This document shows, in pieces, positions 1 to 10,300 of a stretch of 28,917 bases of DNA. The notes beneath the pieces were generated by a model. That model was not told where the DNA came from and did not search any database. It saw nothing but the letters and a program-made list of their open reading frames with translations. A program made the position numbers and the translations under genes. This stretch comes from a virus (Duplodnaviria > Caudoviricetes): the IMG/VR virus record IMGVR_UViG_3300021962_000484, positions 1 to 28,917 of that record; one strand, given 5' to 3'. Within the stretch, counting starts at the first letter, position 1. Each line of letters opens with the position of its first letter.

Positions 1-613
1 AGATGATAGGTACATTCCAATTTATAAAAAATTCAAACGGAACAATATTTCTTGATACATTTGGATTTTTATATTTAGATCTAGAAAATTCTTCAAATCC
101 TCTAGAAGTAAAATAATTTAAATTGCCTTTTTCATCATATGAAGGTATGACAATCATATTAGAATAAGGTCCATGCTCACAATAGCCAATATTGTATTTT
201 AGGATATCGTATTTAGTAATACCGCGACGTTTTAGGTAGACTAAAGCGCGTCTACCAACGATATTATTTGAAGTTACATCAATTAGCGGAATAAATTCTT
301 CAGGTAATTTAACCTGCTCTAAATTAACTTCTACATGTTCTGATTTAGAGGTCCCTACTAGGGATTGTAAAGATTGTAATTTATCTAATGGTACTTCTAA
401 ATGTTTGAATAAACGTGATAATTTTCTACCTTTTGTGTTACATACCCAACAATGCCAAGGATTGTCACCTTTAGCATTAGTATCCATGTTTACTTCAAGT
501 TTAGGTTTATGATGTTTACAGAAAGGACAAGTATATGCTCGATTGTTTTTAGAGGTATTTTTACCTTTACCTAAAACAGAATCCACTAGGGTTATTAATA
601 ACTGGTTTACCAT
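1..613 (-). CDS. DNA primase (DnaG/T4 gp61-like), N-terminal part; runs off the window edge
   Basis: Not in the ORF track. Translated by hand from ATG at 613: MVNQLLITLVDSVLGKG...YTCPFCKHHKPKLEVN...WHCWVCNTKG (primase Zn ribbon), then ALVYLKRRGI...YNIGYC...IVIPSYDEKGNLNYFTSR...KYKNP, typical of the primase catalytic N-terminal domain. Confidence 0.9.
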   Translation of the reverse strand, partial: MVNQLLITLVDSVLGKGKNTSKNNRAYTCPFCKHHKPKLEVNMDTNAKGDNPWHCWVCNTKGRKLSRLFKHLEVPLDKLQSLQSLVGTSKSEHVEVNLEQVKLPEEFIPLIDVTSNNIVGRRALVYLKRRGITKYDILKYNIGYCEHGPYSNMIVIPSYDEKGNLNYFTSRGFEEFSRSKYKNPNVSRNIVPFEFFINWNVPII

Positions 614-619
614 ACTTGT

Positions 620-650
620 ATAAGATATGAAAAACTATCTAGGAAGCGAA
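620..650 (-). promoter_or_regulatory. Degenerate copy of the phage early/middle promoter upstream of primase
   Basis: Minus strand TTCGCT-N17-TATCTTAT has the same spacing as the better copies elsewhere; the ATG is 6 nt downstream. Confidence 0.45.
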
Positions 651-1094
651 ATCTTTTTTAAAAAACTTTCCTAATATATTATCATTGTAACTATCTATAA
701 GTAATACATTATACTGGCATTGGTACGCTATTTCCCAGTATGTTAATTCTTTTTTGGTGTTAACTATCTTAAGGATTTCCCTTTGGAATGCTAAATTACC
801 TTTAATTTTTATTTCTTCTAATATTTCTTTATTAGAACCCCAATATGTTATCCAATCAGATTCTTTTTGAATTCTTTTAGTGGCTGATTTTCTACCTGGT
901 CCTGTTTGTTCAGCTAATTCTTTTTTGGTTAATTTTTTCTTTATATTATGATAAAGACTTTTTTTACCGATATAAAATTTACCTGTTATTTGATTAGTAA
1001 TTTTATATATAAATCCAAAACTATTTTCTGGGAAATCTTCAATAGTAGTAAACTGTTTAATTCCCATATTTTCATACCAAAACCAATTATTCAT
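639..1094 (-). CDS. GIY-YIG family putative endonuclease (Seg-like)
   Basis: GFIYKITNQITGKFYIGKK motif, W..YWGS, a conserved Glu (YWEIAYQ) and C-terminal YN.NI. Confidence 0.8.
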   Translation of the reverse strand: MNNWFWYENMGIKQFTTIEDFPENSFGFIYKITNQITGKFYIGKKSLYHNIKKKLTKKELAEQTGPGRKSATKRIQKESDWITYWGSNKEILEEIKIKGNLAFQREILKIVNTKKELTYWEIAYQCQYNVLLIDSYNDNILGKFFKKDFAS

Positions 1095-1099
1095 TGTGA

Positions 1100-2053
1100 T
1101 TAATAATTTAAATTAATTTTAACTAATGCTTCATTAGTAAAATTTTTAGCATAAGGTTTACCTAACTTAGCTATAGCTAACAAATCATTATTATTATTAT
1201 ATAAACCTACTGTTGTTATATACGTTTGTGGACTATCAACAAATTCTTTATATAATACTTGACCTGTGCTACCAGATATGAAACTTGGATTTGTTGAATA
1301 ATTAAATTCACTATTTCTAGCTCTTATAAAAACATAGTTTGACGTGACTGTTTCTTGACTAAGAAGAGAAAATGTATCAATTTGGGATTTAAAATTTAAA
1401 GTATTTTCATTATTAACATTACTACTTCTATCTATAGCAAAAGGTAAAGCATCTCCATTAAATACAATAGTACTAATGTCTGGGAGGAATAAACCATAAT
1501 TATTATATGATCCTGATCCACTATATCCACTAACTATTTGGTATACTCGACCACAATCTAGATAATTAGGAGCAGAAATCATATTACTATCATCTGTAAA
1601 AGGACTACCATTTAATTGTATATTAAAACTACCAGGCATTAGAGATTGTCGATAACGGTCTCTATTTATAACAATTGCTACAAAATAATCAGATGTCACT
1701 CCACCATAATTGAACTCAGCATTTTCATCACCATAAATTAGATTTCGAAATTGACCATAAATTGTTCTTGAAGGAGAAAAACCATCTATATTTGGGTCAT
1801 ATAAAACAGATCCTGATCCTTGTTTATCTCCATATATTAGACTAAATTGTATTTCAGCATTAGGATCAGTATCTGGATTTGAATTATATATGTCTAAATA
1901 ATAAGGATATGTATTACTATTAATTTGAACTGATGAGGTAAATATATTGCCTTCATAGTTCCCTAATGATGAAGTACCATCTGACCAACATTTAGTTGTG
2001 ATTAGATCATTATTAGTTATGATATCTCCAAATTCTATAGGTTGTAAAGCCAT
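1100..2053 (-). CDS. Virion structural protein with tail-collar-fibre-like C-terminus (paralogue 1)
   Basis: C-terminal YITTVGLYNNNNDLLAIAKLGKP resembles the P2 gpH/DUF3751 motif ELGLYDDAGTLIAVA. Full-length paralogue of 3009..4067; lies in the baseplate operon. Confidence 0.65.
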   Translation of the reverse strand: MALQPIEFGDIITNNDLITTKCWSDGTSSLGNYEGNIFTSSVQINSNTYPYYLDIYNSNPDTDPNAEIQFSLIYGDKQGSGSVLYDPNIDGFSPSRTIYGQFRNLIYGDENAEFNYGGVTSDYFVAIVINRDRYRQSLMPGSFNIQLNGSPFTDDSNMISAPNYLDCGRVYQIVSGYSGSGSYNNYGLFLPDISTIVFNGDALPFAIDRSSNVNNENTLNFKSQIDTFSLLSQETVTSNYVFIRARNSEFNYSTNPSFISGSTGQVLYKEFVDSPQTYITTVGLYNNNNDLLAIAKLGKPYAKNFTNEALVKINLNY

Positions 2054-2054
2054 T

Positions 2055-3005
2055 TTATTTATCTAAGTTTATCAATATTGACATATCCGTAGTTCTACTT
2101 GTTGGTAAAGGTTGAGATAATTTAGCTACAGCTAATAACTCATTACTTTCATTATATAACCCTACAGTTGTTACATATGGAGTCCAGACTGAACCTGTTA
2201 CAAAATCATATACTTGACCTCTAATATCTATAGAACAAGATGAGTTTAAAGGATTTGTAAAATTACTACCTGAGATTATGCTAGGATTTAATGAATAATT
2301 AAATTCATTTTCTCTAAGAGTACATTTATATTGGGTTTCATAAATAGTTCTAGCACTTTGAAAAGATACATAAACGGTTGGATTAGTAGGATCAAAGAAA
2401 TCACTAAATTCAAAATCAGGATTAGTAAATATTACTGTTCCATGTTGATAGTTTATTACACCAAATACTTCTTGAGTATTATAATAATTAACTACATATC
2501 CTTCTCCGTTATCTTTATATAAATTTCCTGCTCCAATAGGTTGAAAAACAAAACTACCTGGGTTGATGTAATCACCATACAATATATTAGGTATAGATAA
2601 TACAGCTATAACATCATCAGAACCAGTTGGGAAATACCTAAATGAAGAACTATAATGTAAAGTTGAATTTAAATAATTATCAAATCTACTATGAACATTA
2701 GTTTTAGTATTATTCTCAATTATATTATTGTTTAAATCAGTAACAATATAAATACCCTCAGGATTAGGTAACTCATTAGTATAATATAACTGTTTAGCTA
2801 TATTATATATATCTCTTTGATAAAAATTATCATTTATACCTGTTGTAGCTTCAGAAATATTAAAACTTCCAGTTATGTTAGTACCTTGTAGTCTTTCAAT
2901 ATTGTTATCTTCAAAGTCAGTATATCCAATAAAAGAAAAACTTTTATTGACAACAAATGGTGTTATAATAACATCCTGTGAGGTTAAAGATTTGAAGGCA
3001 CCCAT
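2055..3005 (-). CDS. Virion structural protein with tail-collar-fibre-like C-terminus (paralogue 2)
   Basis: C-terminal EFNYSLNPS...YVTTVGLYNESNELLAVAKLSQP is shared with both neighbours. Confidence 0.65.
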   Translation of the reverse strand: MGAFKSLTSQDVIITPFVVNKSFSFIGYTDFEDNNIERLQGTNITGSFNISEATTGINDNFYQRDIYNIAKQLYYTNELPNPEGIYIVTDLNNNIIENNTKTNVHSRFDNYLNSTLHYSSSFRYFPTGSDDVIAVLSIPNILYGDYINPGSFVFQPIGAGNLYKDNGEGYVVNYYNTQEVFGVINYQHGTVIFTNPDFEFSDFFDPTNPTVYVSFQSARTIYETQYKCTLRENEFNYSLNPSIISGSNFTNPLNSSCSIDIRGQVYDFVTGSVWTPYVTTVGLYNESNELLAVAKLSQPLPTSRTTDMSILINLDK

Positions 3006-3008
3006 TCA

Positions 3009-4067
3009 TTAAAAATCTAATTTAACACGTACTAATGCTTCTTTAGTGAAATCTTTTTTAAGTGGTTTTGATAATTTAGCTACAGCTAATAACTCATTAT
3101 TATCATTATACATTCCTACAGTTGTGATATAAGTTTGAGGATTTTGTATAAATACATCATATAAAATAGATCCATTACTTCCTGATATAAAACTTGGGTT
3201 TTCAGAATAATTGAATTCACCATTTCTAGCTCTTACAAATACAAAATCTGAGGTAACTGTTTCTTGACTATTTAAAAAGAATGAACTAACGTTAGTGCTA
3301 CCAGAAACTAAACCTCTATTAGAACTATTACTAAATAATTTAGAACTATTCCCATCATTAGTGTCACTATTTCTTAAAGTTCCAAGATCTATTCCACCTT
3401 TAGAGGAGGGTAAATCTAAAGCAGAAGCATTTAGAATAATAGTTCCTATATCTGGGAGGAATAGACCGTATGATCCTGACTCAGTCATACCGTTTGCTAT
3501 GGCGTTAGTTGGGTTAGTTGCGTTAGTTAAACCATTGCTGCCTGATACTATTTGGAATACTCTACCACAATCTAAATAAGATATAGTTGAAGTATTTAAA
3601 CTATTGTCTGTTAAGTTTATACGATAAGATGACCCTGAGAATAATGTTAGGTTTAAACTGCCTGGGAATAAAGATTGTTTATAACGGGCTCTATCTATTG
3701 ATATAGCGTAAAAATCAGATTGAGGCACACCACCAAATGTAAAATCAGTATTTTCATCTCCATATATTAAATTACGGAATTGACCATAAATAGTTCTTGT
3801 AGGAGACAATCCATCAATTCCCGCGTTATATAATATAGAACCAGAACCATACTTGTTACCATAAGCTATATTAAATTGTATCTGAGCTGAAGGATCTGTT
3901 GATGCTGTTTGATATACATTTAGATAATAATTTCCACTAGTACCTACTTCTTGAACTGATGAAGTGTAAAGGTTAGATAAAGCAGGTGCATCACCTGACC
4001 AAGCAGGAGAGGTAATTGAATCAGCACTTACAACAAAATCTTCAGGATCTAATCTTTTAAATGACAT
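3009..4067 (-). CDS. Virion structural protein with tail-collar-fibre-like C-terminus (paralogue 3)
   Basis: C-terminal YITTVGMYNDNNELLAVAKLSKP; shares RTIYGQFRNLIYGDEN and YLDCGRV with 1100..2053. Confidence 0.65.
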   Translation of the reverse strand: MSFKRLDPEDFVVSADSITSPAWSGDAPALSNLYTSSVQEVGTSGNYYLNVYQTASTDPSAQIQFNIAYGNKYGSGSILYNAGIDGLSPTRTIYGQFRNLIYGDENTDFTFGGVPQSDFYAISIDRARYKQSLFPGSLNLTLFSGSSYRINLTDNSLNTSTISYLDCGRVFQIVSGSNGLTNATNPTNAIANGMTESGSYGLFLPDIGTIILNASALDLPSSKGGIDLGTLRNSDTNDGNSSKLFSNSSNRGLVSGSTNVSSFFLNSQETVTSDFVFVRARNGEFNYSENPSFISGSNGSILYDVFIQNPQTYITTVGMYNDNNELLAVAKLSKPLKKDFTKEALVRVKLDF

Positions 4068-4087
4068 ATTTTAATTTTTTTATGTTA

Positions 4088-4753
4088 TTAACAAGTTGTG
4101 TTTTTATTTACTTGAAAAGGTACTGTTATTCTAGCTCCACTATCTCTACCTATCACAGTTATTGTTGTTGAAATTTGATCAACACCAGCTGGGAATAAAA
4201 CATTGACAGTTGTAGCTGTTATACTAATATTAGTACCAATTACTGTCTTAGACACGTTAGTTCCAAGAGTAGTTGTTGAATTTAATGAAGAAGCTTGAGT
4301 TGTATTAATACCTGTACCTACAAATGTATTTGCTAATCTAACATCAGCTATAATAGCTACATAACCTGATGATTCATATGTACTAGTTCCGTTTAAGTAG
4401 TTTAATGTTTGAGGTTGAATATTAAATGAGGCACCTTGAGGCAAAGCAATAGCCACAGTACCAATATCTAAAATAGGCAATTTAGATGTACCTCTTGGTA
4501 AAGTAGTAAGTAAATATTTCATTGCTTGTGTCTCATCAGGAAAAGCTTCTAATAAAGGCATGTTGTCAATTGCTTGACCATAATAAGCTGATCCTGATGG
4601 GTGGTTTGGGTTATACATTGTGTAATCAATCTCATCATCAGCTAAGGCAAATTGAGTGATTTTAAAAGAACCATCATTTTTAGCTAAAAGTTCTCTACCT
4701 TTTCTTGTTAAGATAGCATCAACTGTTACTATTGTGTTATTAAGAAATCCCAT
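4088..4753 (-). CDS. Virion structural protein with tail-collar-like N-terminus
   Basis: ILTRKGRELLAK...FKITQFALADD resembles the N-terminal part of P2 gpH/DUF3751 (ITTAGAAKLA...ITTMAVGDG); beta-rich, Thr-rich C-terminal half. Confidence 0.6.
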   Translation of the reverse strand: MGFLNNTIVTVDAILTRKGRELLAKNDGSFKITQFALADDEIDYTMYNPNHPSGSAYYGQAIDNMPLLEAFPDETQAMKYLLTTLPRGTSKLPILDIGTVAIALPQGASFNIQPQTLNYLNGTSTYESSGYVAIIADVRLANTFVGTGINTTQASSLNSTTTLGTNVSKTVIGTNISITATTVNVLFPAGVDQISTTITVIGRDSGARITVPFQVNKNTTC

Positions 4754-4772
4754 TTTTTATTTTAATTTTATT

Positions 4773-4780
4773 ATAAATAT
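4773..4780 (-). promoter_or_regulatory. Candidate late promoter ATATTTAT
   Basis: The same octamer recurs in short intergenic gaps just upstream of start codons (12970, 15645, 19704, 22213, 23693, 26560; variant at 23272). Confidence 0.5.
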
Positions 4781-6306
4781 TAGTAAACTATTCCTTTTTG
4801 TGTTAGATCTGTGATTATTTTGTCATAATTAATTGTTAATTCTTTAGAGACAAACTCAGGTTGAATTATACCTGTAAAACTATTTCCAGAAGTTTCTTTT
4901 TTTATATCTAAGACAACATATGTTCCATCATTTATCACTCTATAGGCAACAAAATGATTTATGTTTATAGTTTGAGTATTAAAACCATTTAAATTAGTTA
5001 AAGATGGGGTTATTTCTACAGCAGTTGTATCTACACCATAGATAGAAAGTTCAAATACTTTAGTTATTGTATAAACTTGTTCTTTATTATATTCAAATCT
5101 TATAAAATCACCAGATTTAATATCACTAAAGGGTATTGCTATAGGTGAAAAATTTAAACCATTCTCAAATGAAGCAGATGTTAAATATTGGGTTAATCCA
5201 GAATTGTATAAATTAGAAAAAATTTCTGTCATTATCAAAGTTGATTTACCTCCATTATCAGCAGGTTCATTTACACTACCTTGAAAAAATGGAGCATACA
5301 CTGCATTTAAACCATTAAAAGAGGTATTAGGTAAGTATTCTTGAATAAATCTAATTCTACTCTCAAATCTATCATCTCCTGCTCCTTGTAATATTAAAGC
5401 ATGATAAGAATCAACATTTTGTATTTTAAATTGTACTTTAAATTCATCATTAACTTCATAATCCACATATGGTGATTCTATAGTGGAATAATTGCTTGTG
5501 CCAGAAGATATAGTGAATTCTTGGGATACTATTGGATTTCCATTTTGTAATATTTGTAAAGTTAAAATATTATTATCATATATAGGTGCGTCTGTATAAG
5601 GATCATAATATTGTGGGTAACTAGCCCATATTTTGGCTTGAACTTTAATTTTAGTTAAAGTTTGAGCTGAACTAGATAAAATAATAAACTCTGGGGAGCT
5701 ATTAGTCCATGCGTCTGTGTTAGTATAATCAGTTAATGTAGTAGCGTATGGTAAATTATAATAAGTATCATTACTATATCCATTACCCTCACTAATGGTT
5801 TCTGAGGAAAAACTAGCTTGAAATTGACCTTCTATATTTGGTACAACAGCAGGAACGGTAGGGGAACCAAAACTCATGGTAGCTAAATAATCTTGGATAC
5901 TAGTTCCTGTCTCACTTATTAGAATAGGAACTATTCTACCAACATGAGTTATATTATGAATTCCTGTTAATGAGTTATCATTTGGGTTACCAGTTAATAA
6001 TGGGTCATTTGTTATTAATTTGACAACTGCTCTCTTACCAGGTTCAAAGTTATCTATTAGATTATATAAAGGAGCAGCCTGAGGATCAGTAATATTTAAT
6101 AAAGGAGCAGGGTTAGTTATATTACCTTTAGTATCAATTATGTATCTAATAAAATAAGCAGTTTGATCTATAAGTTCAGGGCCTGTGCCTCCTATACCAT
6201 CAAAATAAGCCATATATGTTTGATTTTGCTCTACTACAGGATCTCTAGGAGATGTTCCATAATAATAACTTAAATCATCCAATATAATTAAAGGATTAGT
6301 AGACAT
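4780..6306 (-). CDS. Putative virion structural/baseplate-associated protein
   Basis: 508-aa acidic, beta-rich ORF closely packed in the structural operon; no family recognised. Confidence 0.55.
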   Translation of the reverse strand: MSTNPLIILDDLSYYYGTSPRDPVVEQNQTYMAYFDGIGGTGPELIDQTAYFIRYIIDTKGNITNPAPLLNITDPQAAPLYNLIDNFEPGKRAVVKLITNDPLLTGNPNDNSLTGIHNITHVGRIVPILISETGTSIQDYLATMSFGSPTVPAVVPNIEGQFQASFSSETISEGNGYSNDTYYNLPYATTLTDYTNTDAWTNSSPEFIILSSSAQTLTKIKVQAKIWASYPQYYDPYTDAPIYDNNILTLQILQNGNPIVSQEFTISSGTSNYSTIESPYVDYEVNDEFKVQFKIQNVDSYHALILQGAGDDRFESRIRFIQEYLPNTSFNGLNAVYAPFFQGSVNEPADNGGKSTLIMTEIFSNLYNSGLTQYLTSASFENGLNFSPIAIPFSDIKSGDFIRFEYNKEQVYTITKVFELSIYGVDTTAVEITPSLTNLNGFNTQTININHFVAYRVINDGTYVVLDIKKETSGNSFTGIIQPEFVSKELTINYDKIITDLTQKGIVY

Positions 6307-6318
6307 AATTTAAAATAT

Positions 6319-7314
6319 TTAAAAAGGTTTATTAAAATCATATGAGCTTTGTCTTGATCCTTTATATCTTATATTAGACCAAGCAGCTGAGGAGTAATTT
6401 GAATCTTGTACTGGTGCTCTATCTGCTGTGCCGGATATTATTAAGTCAAAATTAATAGGAGTTAAAGGACTATTAGAATAGTCTATATCCATATATTTGT
6501 ATGAAAATTGAGGCCCTTCAGCATTTCCTAATAAAGCATTATAATCATTATAATCCCAATCTATAAATTCAGGATTAAAAATTGTAAGTGTAGGGTAATT
6601 AAATAATGGAGCTTGAGATTGAGATAAAAATACTGTTACATTACTAAATATTCCAGATGGACCATCTGTATCTATTCCTAAAAAATAATATCCTTCAGTG
6701 AAACTATTATTTAAGTAATCAAATTTTAAATTTAAGGTTCCAGCACCTGTGAGAGAATTTGATGATGTTATATATGTAGCACCAGATTGTCCTGTATCAT
6801 CATTAGGTTGACAGAAATAAAAATTTAGTCTACCTGGCGATCCTAAATTATATGAGCCAGTGACTATTAATGATAATTCAACATTTGGTGTTCTAAATAA
6901 TTCAAAATAAGTATAATTTGGCCCAACACCGCCCATTACATTTCCATTACCTGAAGTGATAGTGTTAAATCCTGGTAATATTCCTAGGTCACCAAACCAA
7001 CCTAGTATTTTTAATTCATCAGAAACTGAAAGAGATCCTGTTCTTCTTACCGCTACAGATTGAGATACTACATTAAAATTTACAGAAGATGTTACTTGAT
7101 TTTTAGTTTGTACCCCATAAATAAAATAAGCATCTTGTTCTTGTGTAGTTATAATATCATAAGTTATAGGACCTAAATCATCATAATTAATAGTTAAACT
7201 AGTTAATTGCCCTAAATAATCTGACCTATCTAATCCACCAGAGTCAAATCTATTAATTTTAAGATATTTAACTCCTTGTCCGTAAACTTGTCCAAATTGT
7301 CCTCCTGCTGGCAT
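6319..7314 (-). CDS. Putative virion structural protein
   Basis: 331-aa Gly/Ser/Asn-rich ORF in the structural operon; no family recognised. Confidence 0.55.
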   Translation of the reverse strand: MPAGGQFGQVYGQGVKYLKINRFDSGGLDRSDYLGQLTSLTINYDDLGPITYDIITTQEQDAYFIYGVQTKNQVTSSVNFNVVSQSVAVRRTGSLSVSDELKILGWFGDLGILPGFNTITSGNGNVMGGVGPNYTYFELFRTPNVELSLIVTGSYNLGSPGRLNFYFCQPNDDTGQSGATYITSSNSLTGAGTLNLKFDYLNNSFTEGYYFLGIDTDGPSGIFSNVTVFLSQSQAPLFNYPTLTIFNPEFIDWDYNDYNALLGNAEGPQFSYKYMDIDYSNSPLTPINFDLIISGTADRAPVQDSNYSSAAWSNIRYKGSRQSSYDFNKPF

Positions 7315-7323
7315 ATTTTATTT

Positions 7324-10300
7324 TTATTTTTCGTTAATTGGTGCAGGATTTATATAACTTCCTGTATCATACCATAAATATATTTCACCTTGATTTGGTG
7401 AAGTTTGAATATTTGTAAAATTATTCAATGATGTTATACTACTTTTATAAAAAACAATATTATAGTTTATTTCTAAGGTTGATGGATATTTAAATATATT
7501 AGCTTCATTTAACTCACCATTTGATACTTCAATAGTAGTTCCAGGCAATTCACCATCATAAAATTCACTTTGATCATTATGTAATAATTGGAATGATCCT
7601 GTAGGTCCTAAAACAGATTCTAACCATGTTTGTTGAGAGTATTCAACACTTTGTAATCCAAAATTAGCATAAGCTATATTATTAGCACTTACATTATCTC
7701 TAAACCATAATGAGAATTTTTCTCCATAACTACAATGGGTTGTTATAGGTAATGACCAATATGAGTCAATATTTTGTTCAAATACATTTCCCTGTATAGA
7801 AGATGAAACTTTTAAAACTAAATCTGTTCCACTAATATCTAGTCCTTCAGTGTATAGTACTATATCTCCTTCAAAGTATGTTATTAATTCTCCATATTCA
7901 TTCCAATCTACTTGAGAATTAGGATAAAAAGTAATTATGTTTGAGGCTCCAGACCCAGAAAGATAATTTTTATAAGTATTTCCTAATACTTGAAAGTTTA
8001 TTTTTTGGGCTAAAAATGGGTAATTATTTAAAGTAGTTAATTTATTAAACTCATTAAATGTACCTCCTGTACTTCCAGTTATGAAAGCAATGTCAATAGA
8101 ACCAGTATATATCACATTTTCTCCAACAACTTGTGGTTGAGGATATTTATTTCGCTCTAATAAATGTTGTTTTATTACTACACCTGATCTTAGATTTGTT
8201 CTCGCAGGAACAAAATCTTTAATCATTTTAAATAATGAATTGTCAAAGAACTTAATTAATCTAATATAATCATAAAGATTATAACTGGCAAAGTATTTTT
8301 GAAAGTAAGTGTCTCTTATTCTATTTAAATCAGGATATGATGTAGCTGATGAGGATACTTGTCTTGGGTCTCCAATATATTCACCTATATTAAAATATCC
8401 TAATGAAGCGATAATATCATCATCAATTTCATTTGTAGGTGAGAATGCTACTTCTAAAGCATTAACATCTGGAGTTTCACTTCCTTGTGAAGGGTATTGT
8501 TGTTGAATATTTACATATTGTGATAAAGTATTTCCTGATTGGGTATATTCTAGATTAATAGAAGGATAACTAGAAGATACTATTTGTATTTTATCTGTAA
8601 CTCTGTTTTTTAAACCAGCTATAGGAGAATTAAGAAAAAAAGTTTCATTATTAGGTACAAACTTTATACTACCATCAGATATAAACAAAGTACTATCACT
8701 AGCAAAAGATTGAGTAGTACCATATATCCATGAGCCTGATATTTTAGGATGAATTGAATTTAATCCTGTAAAGCTTGAGGTATTTAAATTAAGATCACTA
8801 CCTAATGGAATTCTAAAAGCTAAACGATCAGCATAATCTTCATCTTCAGAATTAGCGATATCTATAGAGTTAGGATTCATTATAAAATCCTTAAACGAAT
8901 TTAATGTTTGGTTAGTTGACCAATATCTAATTTCTTGAAGATTTCCTGTAAAAGTATCATAATTAGATAATGCTGGGTTAGAATCAAAGAAGTAACTAGT
9001 GCTACCTGCTAAAGTCCAAGCAATGCCTTTAGCTATTGATGCTGTAGCTAAAAATCCTATTTGATTACCATCGTAACCATTATACTCTAATTTATTACCA
9101 GCATATAAAACAAGATTAGATCCTACTCTAGTAACCATCACTGACCACCAATTATTATCATAGAATGGAAGATAAACACTAGCACTAGTGTTAGGTGCTG
9201 TAGCTATATTAGGTACTAAAGATAATTGAGCATATTGCCACTCAGGAGAATAATTTGATCCTGAGTCAGGGTAGGAGTATGAAGATGTATTATATCCTGA
9301 TCCTGTGTATTTTAGTACTATAGCTGACACTATAGGACCATTTGAGAGGTACCATATACCTTGTTTAAAAGGTGTATTTGAGGTTGGAGTTTCATTGGTT
9401 TTAAATCTGAATTGGAGTGTTGATGGGACATCATCTAGCGCATTCCAATTATTATTTAAATCCCAAGGAGACCCAATGGTTAACGGAGATGCAGATCCAG
9501 TTTGAGCTGAGTAATTAAATGTTTCGTGAAAATAATCATATGTTGATGTATCTTTATCTCTTCCACCAAATTCACTAATTCTTAAAATAGAATCAGGAAT
9601 ACCATAAATGTTAATTAAATTTCTTAAACCAGATATTGTACCTTTTTGTTTTAATAATAAAGGTAAATTATGATATAAACGTTTATAAATTTCTTTATTT
9701 ATATCGTCTACAGGAGTAAATAAAGCAGCTTGTGATGCTGAAATGAAGTTTGTTATTAACTCATTGGGATCACCTGGGTAGTAAGCAATATCATCTAAGA
9801 AATAACCTACATCTGGGTATTCAACTATATATGAGCTTGAGGCATAGACATTACCATCAACACTAGAAGAAAAACTAGCTGATGGGACAATATCATACCC
9901 AATAAAAGCATCATATAAGTTATTAGTTGTAAAATTATTTTGATATATTTTTAAACCAAAAGATCTTAAAGCATCAGCTACTAAATCTTTAGATACACCA
10001 AAATTTAATCTATTATCACCATTATAACGATTAGTAACATCTTGATAATATAACCAAATATTATCATAATGTTGCCCAATCATACTAACAAAAGTACTAT
10101 AAGGTGCATTTTGTGGATCTTCAGCTAAATATGAAGGTATAGTATTTATTAAATTATCTTTATTATTTTGATCATAATCTAAAGCCAAAGCTGTTTGTTC
10201 ATTATACCAAGCTAAACCTTCAGCACTCACAGTAGATACTGGGTCATATGGGGGGGCTGTTGTACCTTTTGGGTAAGCATTTGAACCAGAAGTATAATAC

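Noticed and set aside
639-1094. GIY-YIG gene as an intron-encoded or recently mobile homing endonuclease
   Set aside because: It is free-standing, with no interrupted host gene or intron structure and no C-terminal DNA-binding repeats.
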